From Candidatus Uhrbacteria bacterium (GTDB lineage: Bacteria; Patescibacteriota; Patescibacteriia; UBA9934; GWF2-40-263): DNA of 64,000 nt. The position numbers and the translations under genes are program-made. Within the stretch, counting starts at the first letter, position 1, and every line of letters starts with the position of its first letter. The DNA lies in NCBI GenBank assembly GCA_023246355.1, contig JAHFIQ010000005.1:3086-67085 (forward strand), given 5' to 3'. The notes under the pieces are model-generated. The model searched no databases. It was not told the origin of the DNA and worked only from the letters and a program-made list of their open reading frames with translations. Positions 26,258-36,269 of the stretch are shown one piece after another.

Positions 26258-28078
26258 CTATTCTTCAACTCGAGCTTTATCGCTGGCCATGAGGTCATTT
26301 GGAAGGTTCGTGGTGACCTCTGAACCGGAGGCACTGACAAAGGCTCCGGTGCGGCTATCTGTGGCCGTGAGATGGATGTCAGACAGGAGCGTTGGTATTT
26401 CTTCGATCATGGTTATATCCGGTGTGATCGCAAGCTCAAAGGCAACGCCAACGACCTTGCTTGTTGGTGAGAGGGTTGGTTCAAGACTCGCGAGTTCCCA
26501 ACTGATGATTCCTGTCTCTGGATCGAATTCAACTCCGTTGTTTTGCGAAGTGCTTTGTCTGCCCGTGAAGGTCACGTTGTCGCCGACGGTGCCTTCAATC
26601 ACTACGTTCGTGAGCTCGTTGATGGTGCCGCCCACATGCCAAAAAACCCAGTACGTTGTTTTCTCGCCAACCGTTGGAGGAAGAGATCCGCGTCCAAGCT
26701 GATCACCGGTGGCGGTTGCATAACGACCAAAAGATTCCAGCATCACCGGAGTGGTGATGGGAGTTGTGAGGGAAGATCCTTTACTTGAGATCCGCTGTCC
26801 TGTTCCATCACCCAGTGTGTACGTGGCGGTGCAGCGAGAGACAAGATCGAGACCGTCGTAATCGGTTGTCTCGCTTTGAAGAATCGATGAACGCAGTCGA
26901 ACCGGGATGCTGATTTCGCCAGACGCTCCTGGAGATACGGACGCAAGTTCGGGAGAGGTTGCACTCGTGATCTCGTAGACGTCTTTGGAAAAAAATGGCG
27001 AGTCAGATTCAATTCCCAACACGACGTTCGTCAGGTCATTCTCTCCAATATTTTCATAACGGACCGTGAAGAGGATTTCAGATCCAGGCTCAGCCGAAGA
27101 CTTCGTGATGCCATGCTCGATTTTGAGTTGTGGAGGAACAACAGGAGCGGTATGTGTGAGCGTCTCTTGTCGGTAACGATCTTCTCCAAAGGTAAACGAT
27201 GGATGGAACACGAAGGTGACTTGATCGCCCGTGTCGCCAAGGGAACCCACAAACGTCATGGATCCTGTTTCTCCTGCAGCGATCCCTGGAACTTCAAATA
27301 CGTTGTTGATGAAAGCTGGTGTTGAACGCACAAGTGTGAACCCCTCAGGCCACTCAGGTTCGATCGCAATGGTTGGAAAATCAATTTCGCCTTTGTTCGC
27401 GTAGGTGATGATTCCTTCGATTGGCTGATAGGCGATAAGTTTTTCAGGCAGCGTGAGGGCGAGCTCAAGGGTGGAAGAAGCAGGGGAAAATGTGTGTGTC
27501 GCTGTTTTGCGAGCTGCGACGTCTTTGTCTGTCCCGTGAGTGAAACGGAGGGTGCTGGTAAATGTTTGTTCGCCTCCGACGTCTCCAAACATCACGCCTT
27601 TGACATGAAATGAACCAACCGCGCCAACCGGAATGGTTCCAAGATCAAGGGCGTCCTGTTCCTCCAGGAGAAAATGATCAGGATAGGTGAGTGTGAGTTG
27701 GGCGTTTCTCAGTTCTTCACCTGTGTCGTTTCTGTACTCGATCACGAGTGTGGAGGACGCTCCTGCCACGATTTCTCTTGGCGCAACGGTTGCTTCAAGG
27801 GCGAGGTTGTCCTCAAAAGTCGTCTGTGGAGCAAGAGAAAGAAAGGCGAGTGATATTCCAATGCCGATGAGCGCGCCAATGAGCAAGAGATCAAACGCAA
27901 ACAACAAATGGGCAAACGCAGATTTTCCCCGGTAGCGTTTATCAAACCACTTCACAAACGGAAACAGAATCATCCGACCAGGATGCACAGACAAACAAAC
28001 CGCGCGACCAAGAATGGAATCGGGTTTGGAAACACTGTTGCAGGCAAGGCCTGTTTTTATTTCGTCTGGAAGATTCAT
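26258..28078 (-). CDS. Membrane-anchored DUF11-type (conserved repeat domain) surface protein
   Basis: One TM near the N-terminus, then repeated Ig-like modules with the DUF11 pattern (LTLTYPD..., FTVRYENIGENDLTNVVLG). Confidence 0.45.
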   Translation of the reverse strand: MNLPDEIKTGLACNSVSKPDSILGRAVCLSVHPGRMILFPFVKWFDKRYRGKSAFAHLLFAFDLLLIGALIGIGISLAFLSLAPQTTFEDNLALEATVAPREIVAGASSTLVIEYRNDTGEELRNAQLTLTYPDHFLLEEQDALDLGTIPVGAVGSFHVKGVMFGDVGGEQTFTSTLRFTHGTDKDVAARKTATHTFSPASSTLELALTLPEKLIAYQPIEGIITYANKGEIDFPTIAIEPEWPEGFTLVRSTPAFINNVFEVPGIAAGETGSMTFVGSLGDTGDQVTFVFHPSFTFGEDRYRQETLTHTAPVVPPQLKIEHGITKSSAEPGSEILFTVRYENIGENDLTNVVLGIESDSPFFSKDVYEITSATSPELASVSPGASGEISIPVRLRSSILQSETTDYDGLDLVSRCTATYTLGDGTGQRISSKGSSLTTPITTPVMLESFGRYATATGDQLGRGSLPPTVGEKTTYWVFWHVGGTINELTNVVIEGTVGDNVTFTGRQSTSQNNGVEFDPETGIISWELASLEPTLSPTSKVVGVAFELAITPDITMIEEIPTLLSDIHLTATDSRTGAFVSASGSEVTTNLPNDLMASDKARVEE

Positions 28079-28093
28079 ACACCTATCGTATCC

Positions 28094-30109
28094 CTAAAAC
28101 GAACTCAGCGTAAACACGTCCGTGGTGAGGCCAAGGATTTCATCGATGCCATCGTCGTCGATATCCGCTGCAACAACTTCCAGTCCGTCGCGATCCGTTC
28201 GGTCATCAACGTAAAATTCTGATTTCAAATTTCCATCTCGATCGTAGACGCGAGCCAGGGGCGATCCTCCACGTCCTGGACCTGTCACGATGTCATCAAC
28301 TCCATCACCATCCACGTCTCCCACAGCCACGTTTACGCCGCCACGAAACCCGCTGTCATAGGCAAAGAATCCTGGGTTGATGAGTGTTCCGTCTTTGCGA
28401 AACACACGTACATGCGGCCCGCCGTTATATCCTGCACCGCAGATGATTTCTTTGATGCCGTCGCCGTTTAAGTCTCCGATCGCAACGTTGACTCCGCCAC
28501 GAAACGAATCCGCATAGGCAAAAAATCCAGGATTGATGAGCACACCATCGCCGTTGAAGACACGCACATGCGGCCCGCCACCATTTTCTGTTCCGGTTAC
28601 AATCTCGACGGTCCCATCGTTTTCAATGTCGCCGACAGAGATATTGATGCCTCGCGAGTAGGTTTCGGTGTAGGGAGCAAACTTTTTGTAAAGCGATCCG
28701 TCAGACTCATAGATATACACGTAGGTATCGTTGGCCAGAACCGTCTCGCGTTCGCCATCGTTGTCTGTGTCGTACTTGATGACCTGCATGCCACCTCGTT
28801 GGGTTGAGTCGTAGGCGAAAAATCCAGTGCGCGTGGCTTCACCGTCAAGGTTGTATACCCGAGCAAACGATCCATTCAAAAAGGTCGCATCCAAAATTTC
28901 TTCGATTGGTCGGAGCAGAATAATTCCGTCCTTTGAGGCAAGCGTGATCGAGGACACAATGGAACCGCTGTTCACGGTTGGATCCTGTGTGCCGTGGAGT
29001 TTTTCGTACTCGCCGTCGAGTTTGACGGTTTGTGTCGTTGCGGTGGCATTCACAATCACGGCACCTTGCTCGAAATCTCGCATCCAGACACCGGTGTCGA
29101 TTTCTGCGTCCTGGGGGTTGAGAGTGTTTTGAATGTCACCCTTTGGCGCGCCAAGATAGGCATCATACTCATCGTAGGTCCAGAGCTGGGCATGGCTTTC
29201 TGTTCCATAATCAAAGGCAAAGAATCCGTTTCCCAAAAGCGTCGTGGTGATTCCGAATCGGATTTTTTGGTAGTCATCGTTGTCGCCGTTGTTTTCTGTG
29301 TTGACGTTCACGACCTGAACAGAGTCATACCCAACATCGTCTTCAAGGTTGAGATACTCGTCCGTCATGTTCTCCCACTCAGCAAGTGTGTCATCAGAGG
29401 AAGGAAACGTTTCAAACATGCGGCCGTTCACATACGGTGCGAAATCAGGATTGGAAGAACCGTTGGTGATTAGGATGTAGTCCTTGCCGATTGTGTCACG
29501 CGTTGATTGGAACAAATCCTGGTACCGTGATGCCCACAGTGCGTTGGCCGTGCTTGCAGAATCATTTTTTCCATCCTGATTCACATCGACATTTCCCACC
29601 CAGCTGATCGAGTCCTGGACCTCGTCGTAGAACACACCATCCCAGTAGCCGGTTGAGAGGACCTCGTCGTTCACAAATTCTGGAAGGAATTCAGACCAGC
29701 CGCTGTTCAAGTTGAGGGCACGCGTTCCGGTCCAGACAGACACTTGGTTTCCACTACCGTCTTTGAGCCACCAGTCGTCTTCGATTTGGCGGTACAGTTT
29801 TTGATGGAGCGAATCATCCCAGTACAAATCGTTCCAACTGACCGTGGCGATGTAGGGGAGGATCACGATGTCGCTGTTGATATCTCGGATCTTTTGAAAG
29901 AAGGATTTGTTATATACTTGAGCTTCGACGGGAATCACAATTAAGTCGAATTCCGCCAGAGTTGTAAGTGCGTCATCGAGCGTCTTGCCAGACATCAAAA
30001 AATAGTTCGCGGTACGAACGAATTCATGGGAATCGATAGCTGCGTTTGTCTGTGTTCCTTGGCCCAAGATGAGTCCAAGCGCAAGGAACAGAGAAAACAG
30101 TCGGCGCAT
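28094..30109 (-). CDS. Secreted glycoside-hydrolase-like (GHL) domain protein with C-terminal FG-GAP/VCBS-type repeats
   Basis: Signal peptide. The N-terminal ~400 aa resemble putative glycosyl hydrolase-like families. The C-terminus carries 4 or more repeats GDxxxDGxxExVxGxGxGGGPHVRVF. Confidence 0.5.
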   Translation of the reverse strand: MRRLFSLFLALGLILGQGTQTNAAIDSHEFVRTANYFLMSGKTLDDALTTLAEFDLIVIPVEAQVYNKSFFQKIRDINSDIVILPYIATVSWNDLYWDDSLHQKLYRQIEDDWWLKDGSGNQVSVWTGTRALNLNSGWSEFLPEFVNDEVLSTGYWDGVFYDEVQDSISWVGNVDVNQDGKNDSASTANALWASRYQDLFQSTRDTIGKDYILITNGSSNPDFAPYVNGRMFETFPSSDDTLAEWENMTDEYLNLEDDVGYDSVQVVNVNTENNGDNDDYQKIRFGITTTLLGNGFFAFDYGTESHAQLWTYDEYDAYLGAPKGDIQNTLNPQDAEIDTGVWMRDFEQGAVIVNATATTQTVKLDGEYEKLHGTQDPTVNSGSIVSSITLASKDGIILLRPIEEILDATFLNGSFARVYNLDGEATRTGFFAYDSTQRGGMQVIKYDTDNDGERETVLANDTYVYIYESDGSLYKKFAPYTETYSRGINISVGDIENDGTVEIVTGTENGGGPHVRVFNGDGVLINPGFFAYADSFRGGVNVAIGDLNGDGIKEIICGAGYNGGPHVRVFRKDGTLINPGFFAYDSGFRGGVNVAVGDVDGDGVDDIVTGPGRGGSPLARVYDRDGNLKSEFYVDDRTDRDGLEVVAADIDDDGIDEILGLTTDVFTLSSF

Positions 30110-30111
30110 AG

Positions 30112-30396
30112 TTAATCTTCCTTTTCTTCCTTGAGCCCTTCTGGATTAGGTGAGTACAACTTGGCGTTGATTTTCCACTGATCCACAAATTGACCAATGC
30201 CGCCCTTGTCCCGCTTGTTCCGCACGGTGGTGGTGCGTTGTGACCATCGTAGCAAAGATTCAAAATTCAGTTTGTACCTGCCTTGGACGACCACGTAGGT
30301 AATTTCGCCAGAAAGAATTGCCCGACGAACCGTGCGTTGGCTCACGCCGAACATCTTTGCAGCTTCGGAGACGGAAAGACGAATAATGGATTTCAT
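30112..30396 (-). CDS. Excisionase/MerR-type helix-turn-helix DNA-binding protein
   Basis: SVSEAAKMFGVSQRTVRRAILSGEI is an HTH_17/excisionase-family motif. 94 aa. Confidence 0.55.
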   Translation of the reverse strand: MKSIIRLSVSEAAKMFGVSQRTVRRAILSGEITYVVVQGRYKLNFESLLRWSQRTTTVRNKRDKGGIGQFVDQWKINAKLYSPNPEGLKEEKED

Positions 30397-30397
30397 A

Positions 30398-30487
30398 GGG
30401 AAGGTGGACTAGGTGGATGAGGTGGAAAGGTTGAAAGGATTAAATGATCGGAACCACCTAATCCACCTTGGCTACCTTATCCACCTG
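30398..30487. repeat. Stand-alone GGTGGA-repeat long hairpin (empty member of the inverted-repeat unit family)
   Basis: gggaaggtggactaggtggatgaggtggaaagg - loop attaaatgatcgg - aaccacctaatccaccttggctaccttatccacctg. Lies immediately 5' of the HTH gene. Confidence 0.55.
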
Positions 30488-30628
30488 TTTACCTGTGTAT
30501 AACACTGTCTGTCGATGCCAGTGTAGACAAAAAAGTCTGGTCTGTCAATCAAGTATTGATTTTTCAGCCTATTAATGCTATTTTCCTCGCTGCGCTTCCA
30601 TAGAACCTAATGCCGTGCAACTTCCCTT

Positions 30629-31192
30629 GTGCAACCAACAAAGCGTGAAAAATTCCTGCTCACAAGAATCCGAGTTTTTAAGGACGAACACGCATTCGAG
30701 GCGCTTTTGAGTGAATACTCACCAGCACTCCAACGGTTCCTTTACAGCAAACTTCCCAATCACCACGATGTTGAGGATGCCTATTCCACACTCATGCTTC
30801 GGCTCTGGGAATACACGATCCGGACGCCGGTTGAACATTTTTCCGGACTGGCTTACACGATTGCCCGCGGGGTCGTTGCAGAGTTCTATCGATACCGGGA
30901 AGGGAAGGAACAGGTCCCTATCAGTGGAGGAGAGGGCGAAGAAGGAGTCGAAGTCGAATCTGGGTATTCTGCTGAATACGTCGAGACGCAGATCGACTCA
31001 CAGCTTGTGAAGGAAGGAATGAAGAAACTGAAAAATGAAGATGATAGGGAAATCCTGTTACTGCGCTTTGTCGAGGGTTATCGAGTGAAAGACATTGCCA
31101 AGTACCTGGGCAAAACAGAAAATGCCACTTCGGTGCTCATCTACCAAGCCTTGAAAAAAATTCGTGCAAGCATTTTGAAAAGAAAAACATAG
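30629..31192 (+). CDS. RNA polymerase sigma factor, sigma-70/ECF family
   Basis: Region 2 (DVEDAYSTLMLRLWEY) and region 4 HTH (DREILLLRFVEGYRVKDIAKYLGKTENATSVLIYQALKKIR). GTG start. Confidence 0.65.
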   Translation: MQPTKREKFLLTRIRVFKDEHAFEALLSEYSPALQRFLYSKLPNHHDVEDAYSTLMLRLWEYTIRTPVEHFSGLAYTIARGVVAEFYRYREGKEQVPISGGEGEEGVEVESGYSAEYVETQIDSQLVKEGMKKLKNEDDREILLLRFVEGYRVKDIAKYLGKTENATSVLIYQALKKIRASILKRKT

Positions 31193-31207
31193 AAAGGTCC
31201 TGAGGTT

Positions 31208-32104
31208 ATGGACAAACTCGACCGACAAATCATCGATACCCTCAAGTCCCTGAAGGATGACCCTGCCTTTGGTGGTGGTTATGATTTTGCGGCCACGCAC
31301 AAGCAGGCGCTTTTGAAAAATGGTTTTTCTCTTCCTGCATCCTCTCATCAATACACGTGGCGCGATTATCTTGAAACCTACACCTGGGAGTTTACACACT
31401 CCATGCTGCGCCCACTGGGAGCAGCCGTGGCCGTGTTTGTTTTTGCGATCACGGGTTTTATCTCGGTCGCAAACGCTTCTGGTCGCGCGCTTCCTGGGGA
31501 CGAGTTGTACGGGGTGAAACTGGGTATTGAAAAAGCGCAGCTCGCTTTGGCTTTCAGTGCAGATAGTCGTGCCAATCTTCAGGTCGAGTTTGCCAGCCGA
31601 CGGCTTGAGGAAATGGTAGAGCTCGCGGCCACGTTGCACCAGGATGCTCCTGAGACGGTTCAGGTGGCGGTGGATCGCTTCAAGAGTGAGGTGTCCACGA
31701 TCAAGGCAGAACTTCAAGAACAGACAGGAACGCAGGAATCAAAAACCGAACTTGCCAAGGCCGTTGGTCGAAAAACAGAAGCGTACTCTTCGACGGTTGC
31801 CTCAACGTCAACCGAGTTATCACCCGAGGTCCGAACAGAAGTTTCAGAGATTATTGAACAGACCAAGGACCAAGCCGTGGAAGTCATTATCACAGCGCAC
31901 GAACAAACACCTGATGAAGAAACAGAGCACGAACTCGCGCTGGCTCTTGAAACAGAGATTGCTGATATGAAACTCCAGTTTGGTGATGCGTCCGCTGAGC
32001 CGGTCGAAGCTGCACTTGCCTTGCAAGCAGAAGGCAATTATCGCCGTGCATTCCAAGTCCTCAAAGAATTTGCCCTTGTTCACGAGTTGGACGTCCTTCC
32101 CTAA
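31208..32104 (+). CDS. Putative anti-sigma factor-like membrane protein (hypothetical)
   Basis: Immediately downstream of the sigma factor. One TM (AAVAVFVFAITGFISVA) and a helical C-terminal domain. Confidence 0.35.
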   Translation: MDKLDRQIIDTLKSLKDDPAFGGGYDFAATHKQALLKNGFSLPASSHQYTWRDYLETYTWEFTHSMLRPLGAAVAVFVFAITGFISVANASGRALPGDELYGVKLGIEKAQLALAFSADSRANLQVEFASRRLEEMVELAATLHQDAPETVQVAVDRFKSEVSTIKAELQEQTGTQESKTELAKAVGRKTEAYSSTVASTSTELSPEVRTEVSEIIEQTKDQAVEVIITAHEQTPDEETEHELALALETEIADMKLQFGDASAEPVEAALALQAEGNYRRAFQVLKEFALVHELDVLP

Positions 32105-32261
32105 GAAGGAATTCCGGCCCGCTTCTTCATCCTTTGATGGAGAGGCTTTAAGCTCATTAATTCACGCTTGCCAAAGGTCGAGGCCGCAATGCGGTCGCAA
32201 AGCGCTGATTAAAAAAAGCCCCTAACCAGGGCCAAAAAGGTTCACCCAGTTCATCTGGGTA

Positions 32262-35200
32262 TTGTACGAAATTTATCTTATGTCTAACTCCCTTCAATTG
32301 AAGAAAGTGCTCACGATCGCGGTTGCAAGCGCCACCATCCTTTGGACGGCTGGTCTTGCTGCGTTCGTGCCAACCCAGGCCAAAGCCGCCGAATACGGCG
32401 ATTTGATCATGGGCGAGACACTCTCAACCGTCTATTACTACGGTTCTGATGGTCAGCGCTACTCCTTCCCCAACGAGAAAACCTATTTCTCTTGGTACGA
32501 GGATTTTGACGATGTCGTTCAGATTTCCGATGAGGATCTCGCTGACATCACCCTTGCTGGAAATATTGTCTATCGTCCAGGTTCGCACTGGATCAAAATT
32601 GAGTCTGACGAAAAGGTGTACGCGGTTTCAACCGATGGTTCTATCCACTGGGTAGAGTCTGAAGAAGTTGCCGAAGGCCTTGCGGGCAGCGATTGGAACA
32701 TGTTTATCGATGATGTTCCAGACGTGTTCTTCGTTGACTACACCGTTGGTGACTCTCTGGACGATGCGTCCATGGGGTACGACGGCATGCTCTGGTCCGA
32801 TGGCTCCTCCACCTATCACATCATGGATGGTGAATACCACATGGTGACCGATGACGGTATGGAAGCCAACATGTTCCAAGACGGTTTCGTCCTTATGGGC
32901 GATGGCGTTGACTTGGACTCTCTGACAGAGGGCGATGACATCGATTCCGAGTCCGCTTCTTTGACAGACGCCGCTCAAATGGTTGAGGGCGATGAGTACG
33001 AAGAGACCGAATACATCGACGTTTCTGTCTCCGATGACTCTCCAGCCGCTTCCACCTACATCGCTGGTCAGGCTCTCGCTCATGTCGTTTCCTACGACTT
33101 CGAGAACCCAACAAGTGAGGATGTGGTCGTGACCGGTCTTTCCCTTGATCGCACAGGTGTGTCTTCGGACACCACTCTTGCCGCTGTGTACCTCTTTGAT
33201 GGGTACATGCGCGAGAGTGATTCCGCCACGGTTTCAAGCGGTACGATTTCTTGGAATGACACAGGCGATACGGGATTGTTCGTGATCCCAGCCGGTGAGA
33301 CCAAGACCATTGACGTGCGCACGCACGTAGCCGCTTCCACTGGTGGTCAGACCTTCGGACTTGATCTGTTGGACGAGTCTGATGTCGAATTCGATGGTGC
33401 CAACGAAGCTTCGGGATCCTTCCCACTTGAGAGCGAAGTCCACACCGTGGCCACGCTTCCAAGCAACTTCGCCACCTTCGCCTTTGCCACAGCCTCCACT
33501 CCATCGGCCAACACCTCTCTTGATCCACAAGACGACTATCGTCTTTGGGAAGAGACCGTGACCGTTGGAAACAACGAGGTCTACCTCTACTCTGCTTCCT
33601 TCCGCAACATCGGTTCCGTTGACGCAGAAGATGTCCAGAACTGGCAGCTCTACGTAGCAGGAACTCAGGCTGGTGACGATGTCGCCCAGCAGGAATCGGT
33701 AGACGGCTATGTCACGTTTGATCTTTCTGCTGATCCAGTGAAGATGAACACCGGTTCACACGTCGTGAAGGTGCTTGCCGATATCATCGGCGGTTCCACA
33801 CGCACCGTGACCGTTGGTCTTCGCGATACAGCCGATATCTTCGTGACCGATGAAGATTACGAAGAGCCAATCCTTGTTACCGGTAACACCACGTCCACCA
33901 CCGCAGCCTTTGCGGCTCAGGACGCGGGTGCACAGACCATCTCCTCTGGTGAAGTAACCTTCACCAAGACGACGGATTCTGCTTCCGGTGACATTATCGA
34001 TGGCGCATCCAATGTCTCTCTCGGTTCCTTTACCGTGCGAGCCACAGGTGAGGCCATGAAGATTGAAAACTTGCCAATCCAGATCGATGAAGACGATGCA
34101 GACACGACCTACACCTTGCGCAATGGTGCGCTGTATGTCGATGGCACACAGGTGGGTTCCACCACAGCGATTGCTGGTGACACGGATTCCACCCTTGCCT
34201 ACACATCCTTCACCTTCGGATCATCCTTCATCGTCTATCCTGGTTCACCAGTGACGTTGGAGATTCGTGCGGATGCGTACAACTCTGACGGAACAGATGA
34301 CGTCGATGCTAACGACACCATTCAGGTGCAGATCGACGGCGGTTCTCCTTCCAGCAACGTGCTGCGCAAGGTCTCCGGCTCCTACATCTCCCGCCCAGCG
34401 GCTGACGTAGAGGGCAACATCCTCACGGTCCGAACCGGTGCACTCACAACAGCGAACAACTCAAGCTATGCGGCTCAGTCAGCTGTCGCTCCAAAGACCC
34501 AATATAAAGTTGGTTCCTGGACCGTCACAGCCAACACAACCGAAGCTGTGAACCTCACAACCTTCGATGTGGACTTCTCCGCAGCCGCTTCTGATGCTTC
34601 TGCTGCTGCTGACTACACCAACCTCTACATTACCTACGGACCAGATGGAGATGAGAACACCTCCAACACGAAGACCACTGTTTCTCTGACGACCAACTCC
34701 TGGTCGACCAGCTACACCTTGGATGCTGGTGAAACGATCTACGTGAACGCCTATGCTGACGTCGCCACATCTGTGACCGATGACTCAGACGGCGATGACA
34801 TCATCACTGCTGACCTTGATGTGGATGCAACAGCCTCGAGCTCTGCAACCTCTATCGACGGCTCTGATGTGTCAGCCTCAGCCATTACGTGGTACACCGC
34901 TGGTTCGTTCACCTCCGCTGTTGGTGGTGCAACTCCAGTTGCCAAGGACGTGGCTGCAGGTCAGACCATTGAGGCAGCCCAGTTCAAGTTAACGGCCGTA
35001 CGTGAGAGCTTCAACATCACTCAAATGGAGTTTGAAGTTGGTACTGCTGCAGCCGCCGGCGTGATTAGCAGCGTTATGCTCTACGACGGCAGCACCTTGC
35101 TTGGCTCCGCTGTCATGTCTGAAACCCCAAGCAATGACACAGGTGATGGTGAAACAGACGGAACCGCAGGTTTGTCTGCTCTCATCACAGGCCTGGACAT

Positions 35201-36104
35201 TGATGTCGCAGCTGGCACAAACAAGACCCTTACAGCCAAGCTCGCGCTCAATGACATTGGTTCAGGTATGGCCAGCTCGCAGAACAACCTGGCTCTGACC
35301 TTGGACTACATGCGCTACACGGACAGCCAGGGCACTGTGCAAACAGGAGCCACGAGCTACACCGACCGCGCAGGTAACGAGATTCGTGCCTACAACTCTC
35401 TCCCAACCGTGTCCGCGGTCGATTTGACCAACTCCACGCTTGTGAACGGACAGGCCATTGATCTCTACAAGTTCACCGTATCGGCCAACAGCAACGGATC
35501 GATTGCGCTCAAGCAGCTCGCGCTGCCAATCAGCTACACCGACTCCGATGCTGACACCATGTGTGTGAACCTCTGGAAGTTGTACAAGAACGGTACAGAT
35601 GTTTCGACCAGCTCATCCGCTGTCGTCTTGGAAGACGAAGATGGTGAGGACATCGAGGGCGGAACCTCCAGTGCCTGTTCCACACCTCTTGCAGAAGGCG
35701 ACACAACGGTCTACATCATCTGGGACACCAACGAAGAAGTTATTACCGCTGGTGAAACCGTGACCTACACTCTGCGTGCCACTCCAGTTGGATTTGACTC
35801 CGACGGTGACACAGGAGATGAGGACTACTTCACGATTTACCTTGCTGGTGATAGTGCTCACAACCAGGCCACCAACGCTGACATCTGTCTTGAAGATGCA
35901 GGAGCTGGTGAAATCTGGCAGTTGGATAACCAGGTCAGCTCTGCCTGTACCACGGCTTCCTCCAACAACACCGCCTACAACTTCATCTGGTCTGATAACT
36001 CTGGTGAGTCGCATGACGCATCCAGTGAAACAGGATCCGGTGACTGGACAGACGGATACTTGGTCTTGAATCTCGACCTCGCGGGAGAGACCTGGGCTAA
36101 GTAA
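32262..36104 (+). CDS. Giant secreted repeat protein (1280 aa), Ser/Thr/Asp-rich, Ig-like repeats
   Basis: Signal peptide ...TQAKAAEY. Conserved N-terminal ~150-aa module (YYYGSDGQRYSFPNEKTYFSWYEDFDDVV) shared with the 36270 gene. Confidence 0.55.
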   Translation: MYEIYLMSNSLQLKKVLTIAVASATILWTAGLAAFVPTQAKAAEYGDLIMGETLSTVYYYGSDGQRYSFPNEKTYFSWYEDFDDVVQISDEDLADITLAGNIVYRPGSHWIKIESDEKVYAVSTDGSIHWVESEEVAEGLAGSDWNMFIDDVPDVFFVDYTVGDSLDDASMGYDGMLWSDGSSTYHIMDGEYHMVTDDGMEANMFQDGFVLMGDGVDLDSLTEGDDIDSESASLTDAAQMVEGDEYEETEYIDVSVSDDSPAASTYIAGQALAHVVSYDFENPTSEDVVVTGLSLDRTGVSSDTTLAAVYLFDGYMRESDSATVSSGTISWNDTGDTGLFVIPAGETKTIDVRTHVAASTGGQTFGLDLLDESDVEFDGANEASGSFPLESEVHTVATLPSNFATFAFATASTPSANTSLDPQDDYRLWEETVTVGNNEVYLYSASFRNIGSVDAEDVQNWQLYVAGTQAGDDVAQQESVDGYVTFDLSADPVKMNTGSHVVKVLADIIGGSTRTVTVGLRDTADIFVTDEDYEEPILVTGNTTSTTAAFAAQDAGAQTISSGEVTFTKTTDSASGDIIDGASNVSLGSFTVRATGEAMKIENLPIQIDEDDADTTYTLRNGALYVDGTQVGSTTAIAGDTDSTLAYTSFTFGSSFIVYPGSPVTLEIRADAYNSDGTDDVDANDTIQVQIDGGSPSSNVLRKVSGSYISRPAADVEGNILTVRTGALTTANNSSYAAQSAVAPKTQYKVGSWTVTANTTEAVNLTTFDVDFSAAASDASAAADYTNLYITYGPDGDENTSNTKTTVSLTTNSWSTSYTLDAGETIYVNAYADVATSVTDDSDGDDIITADLDVDATASSSATSIDGSDVSASAITWYTAGSFTSAVGGATPVAKDVAAGQTIEAAQFKLTAVRESFNITQMEFEVGTAAAAGVISSVMLYDGSTLLGSAVMSETPSNDTGDGETDGTAGLSALITGLDIDVAAGTNKTLTAKLALNDIGSGMASSQNNLALTLDYMRYTDSQGTVQTGATSYTDRAGNEIRAYNSLPTVSAVDLTNSTLVNGQAIDLYKFTVSANSNGSIALKQLALPISYTDSDADTMCVNLWKLYKNGTDVSTSSSAVVLEDEDGEDIEGGTSSACSTPLAEGDTTVYIIWDTNEEVITAGETVTYTLRATPVGFDSDGDTGDEDYFTIYLAGDSAHNQATNADICLEDAGAGEIWQLDNQVSSACTTASSNNTAYNFIWSDNSGESHDASSETGSGDWTDGYLVLNLDLAGETWAK

Positions 36105-36217
36105 ACCTTCCCTGATTCTAGGGAAAACCTTTCTTCGACCATCCACACGTCTCACTGGCATCCGGTTTGAGGATTCGTTCACAAACCTTGGCCTATCGAG
36201 ACCGGGATCTCGAGGAT

Positions 36218-36246
36218 CCATACCCACGCCTTCGGGCGTGGTTTTG
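36218..36246 (+). terminator. Intrinsic terminator
   Basis: cccacgccttcgggcgtgg followed by ttttggttt. Confidence 0.55.
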
Positions 36247-36269
36247 GTTTGTGTTACAATGTCACTACT

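Noticed and set aside
11321-30487. GGTGGA tandem 9-10-bp repeat arrays considered as a CRISPR array
   Set aside because: The units are degenerate, with no fixed period and no unique spacers. They occur as short inverted pairs bounding insertions, and no cas genes are nearby.
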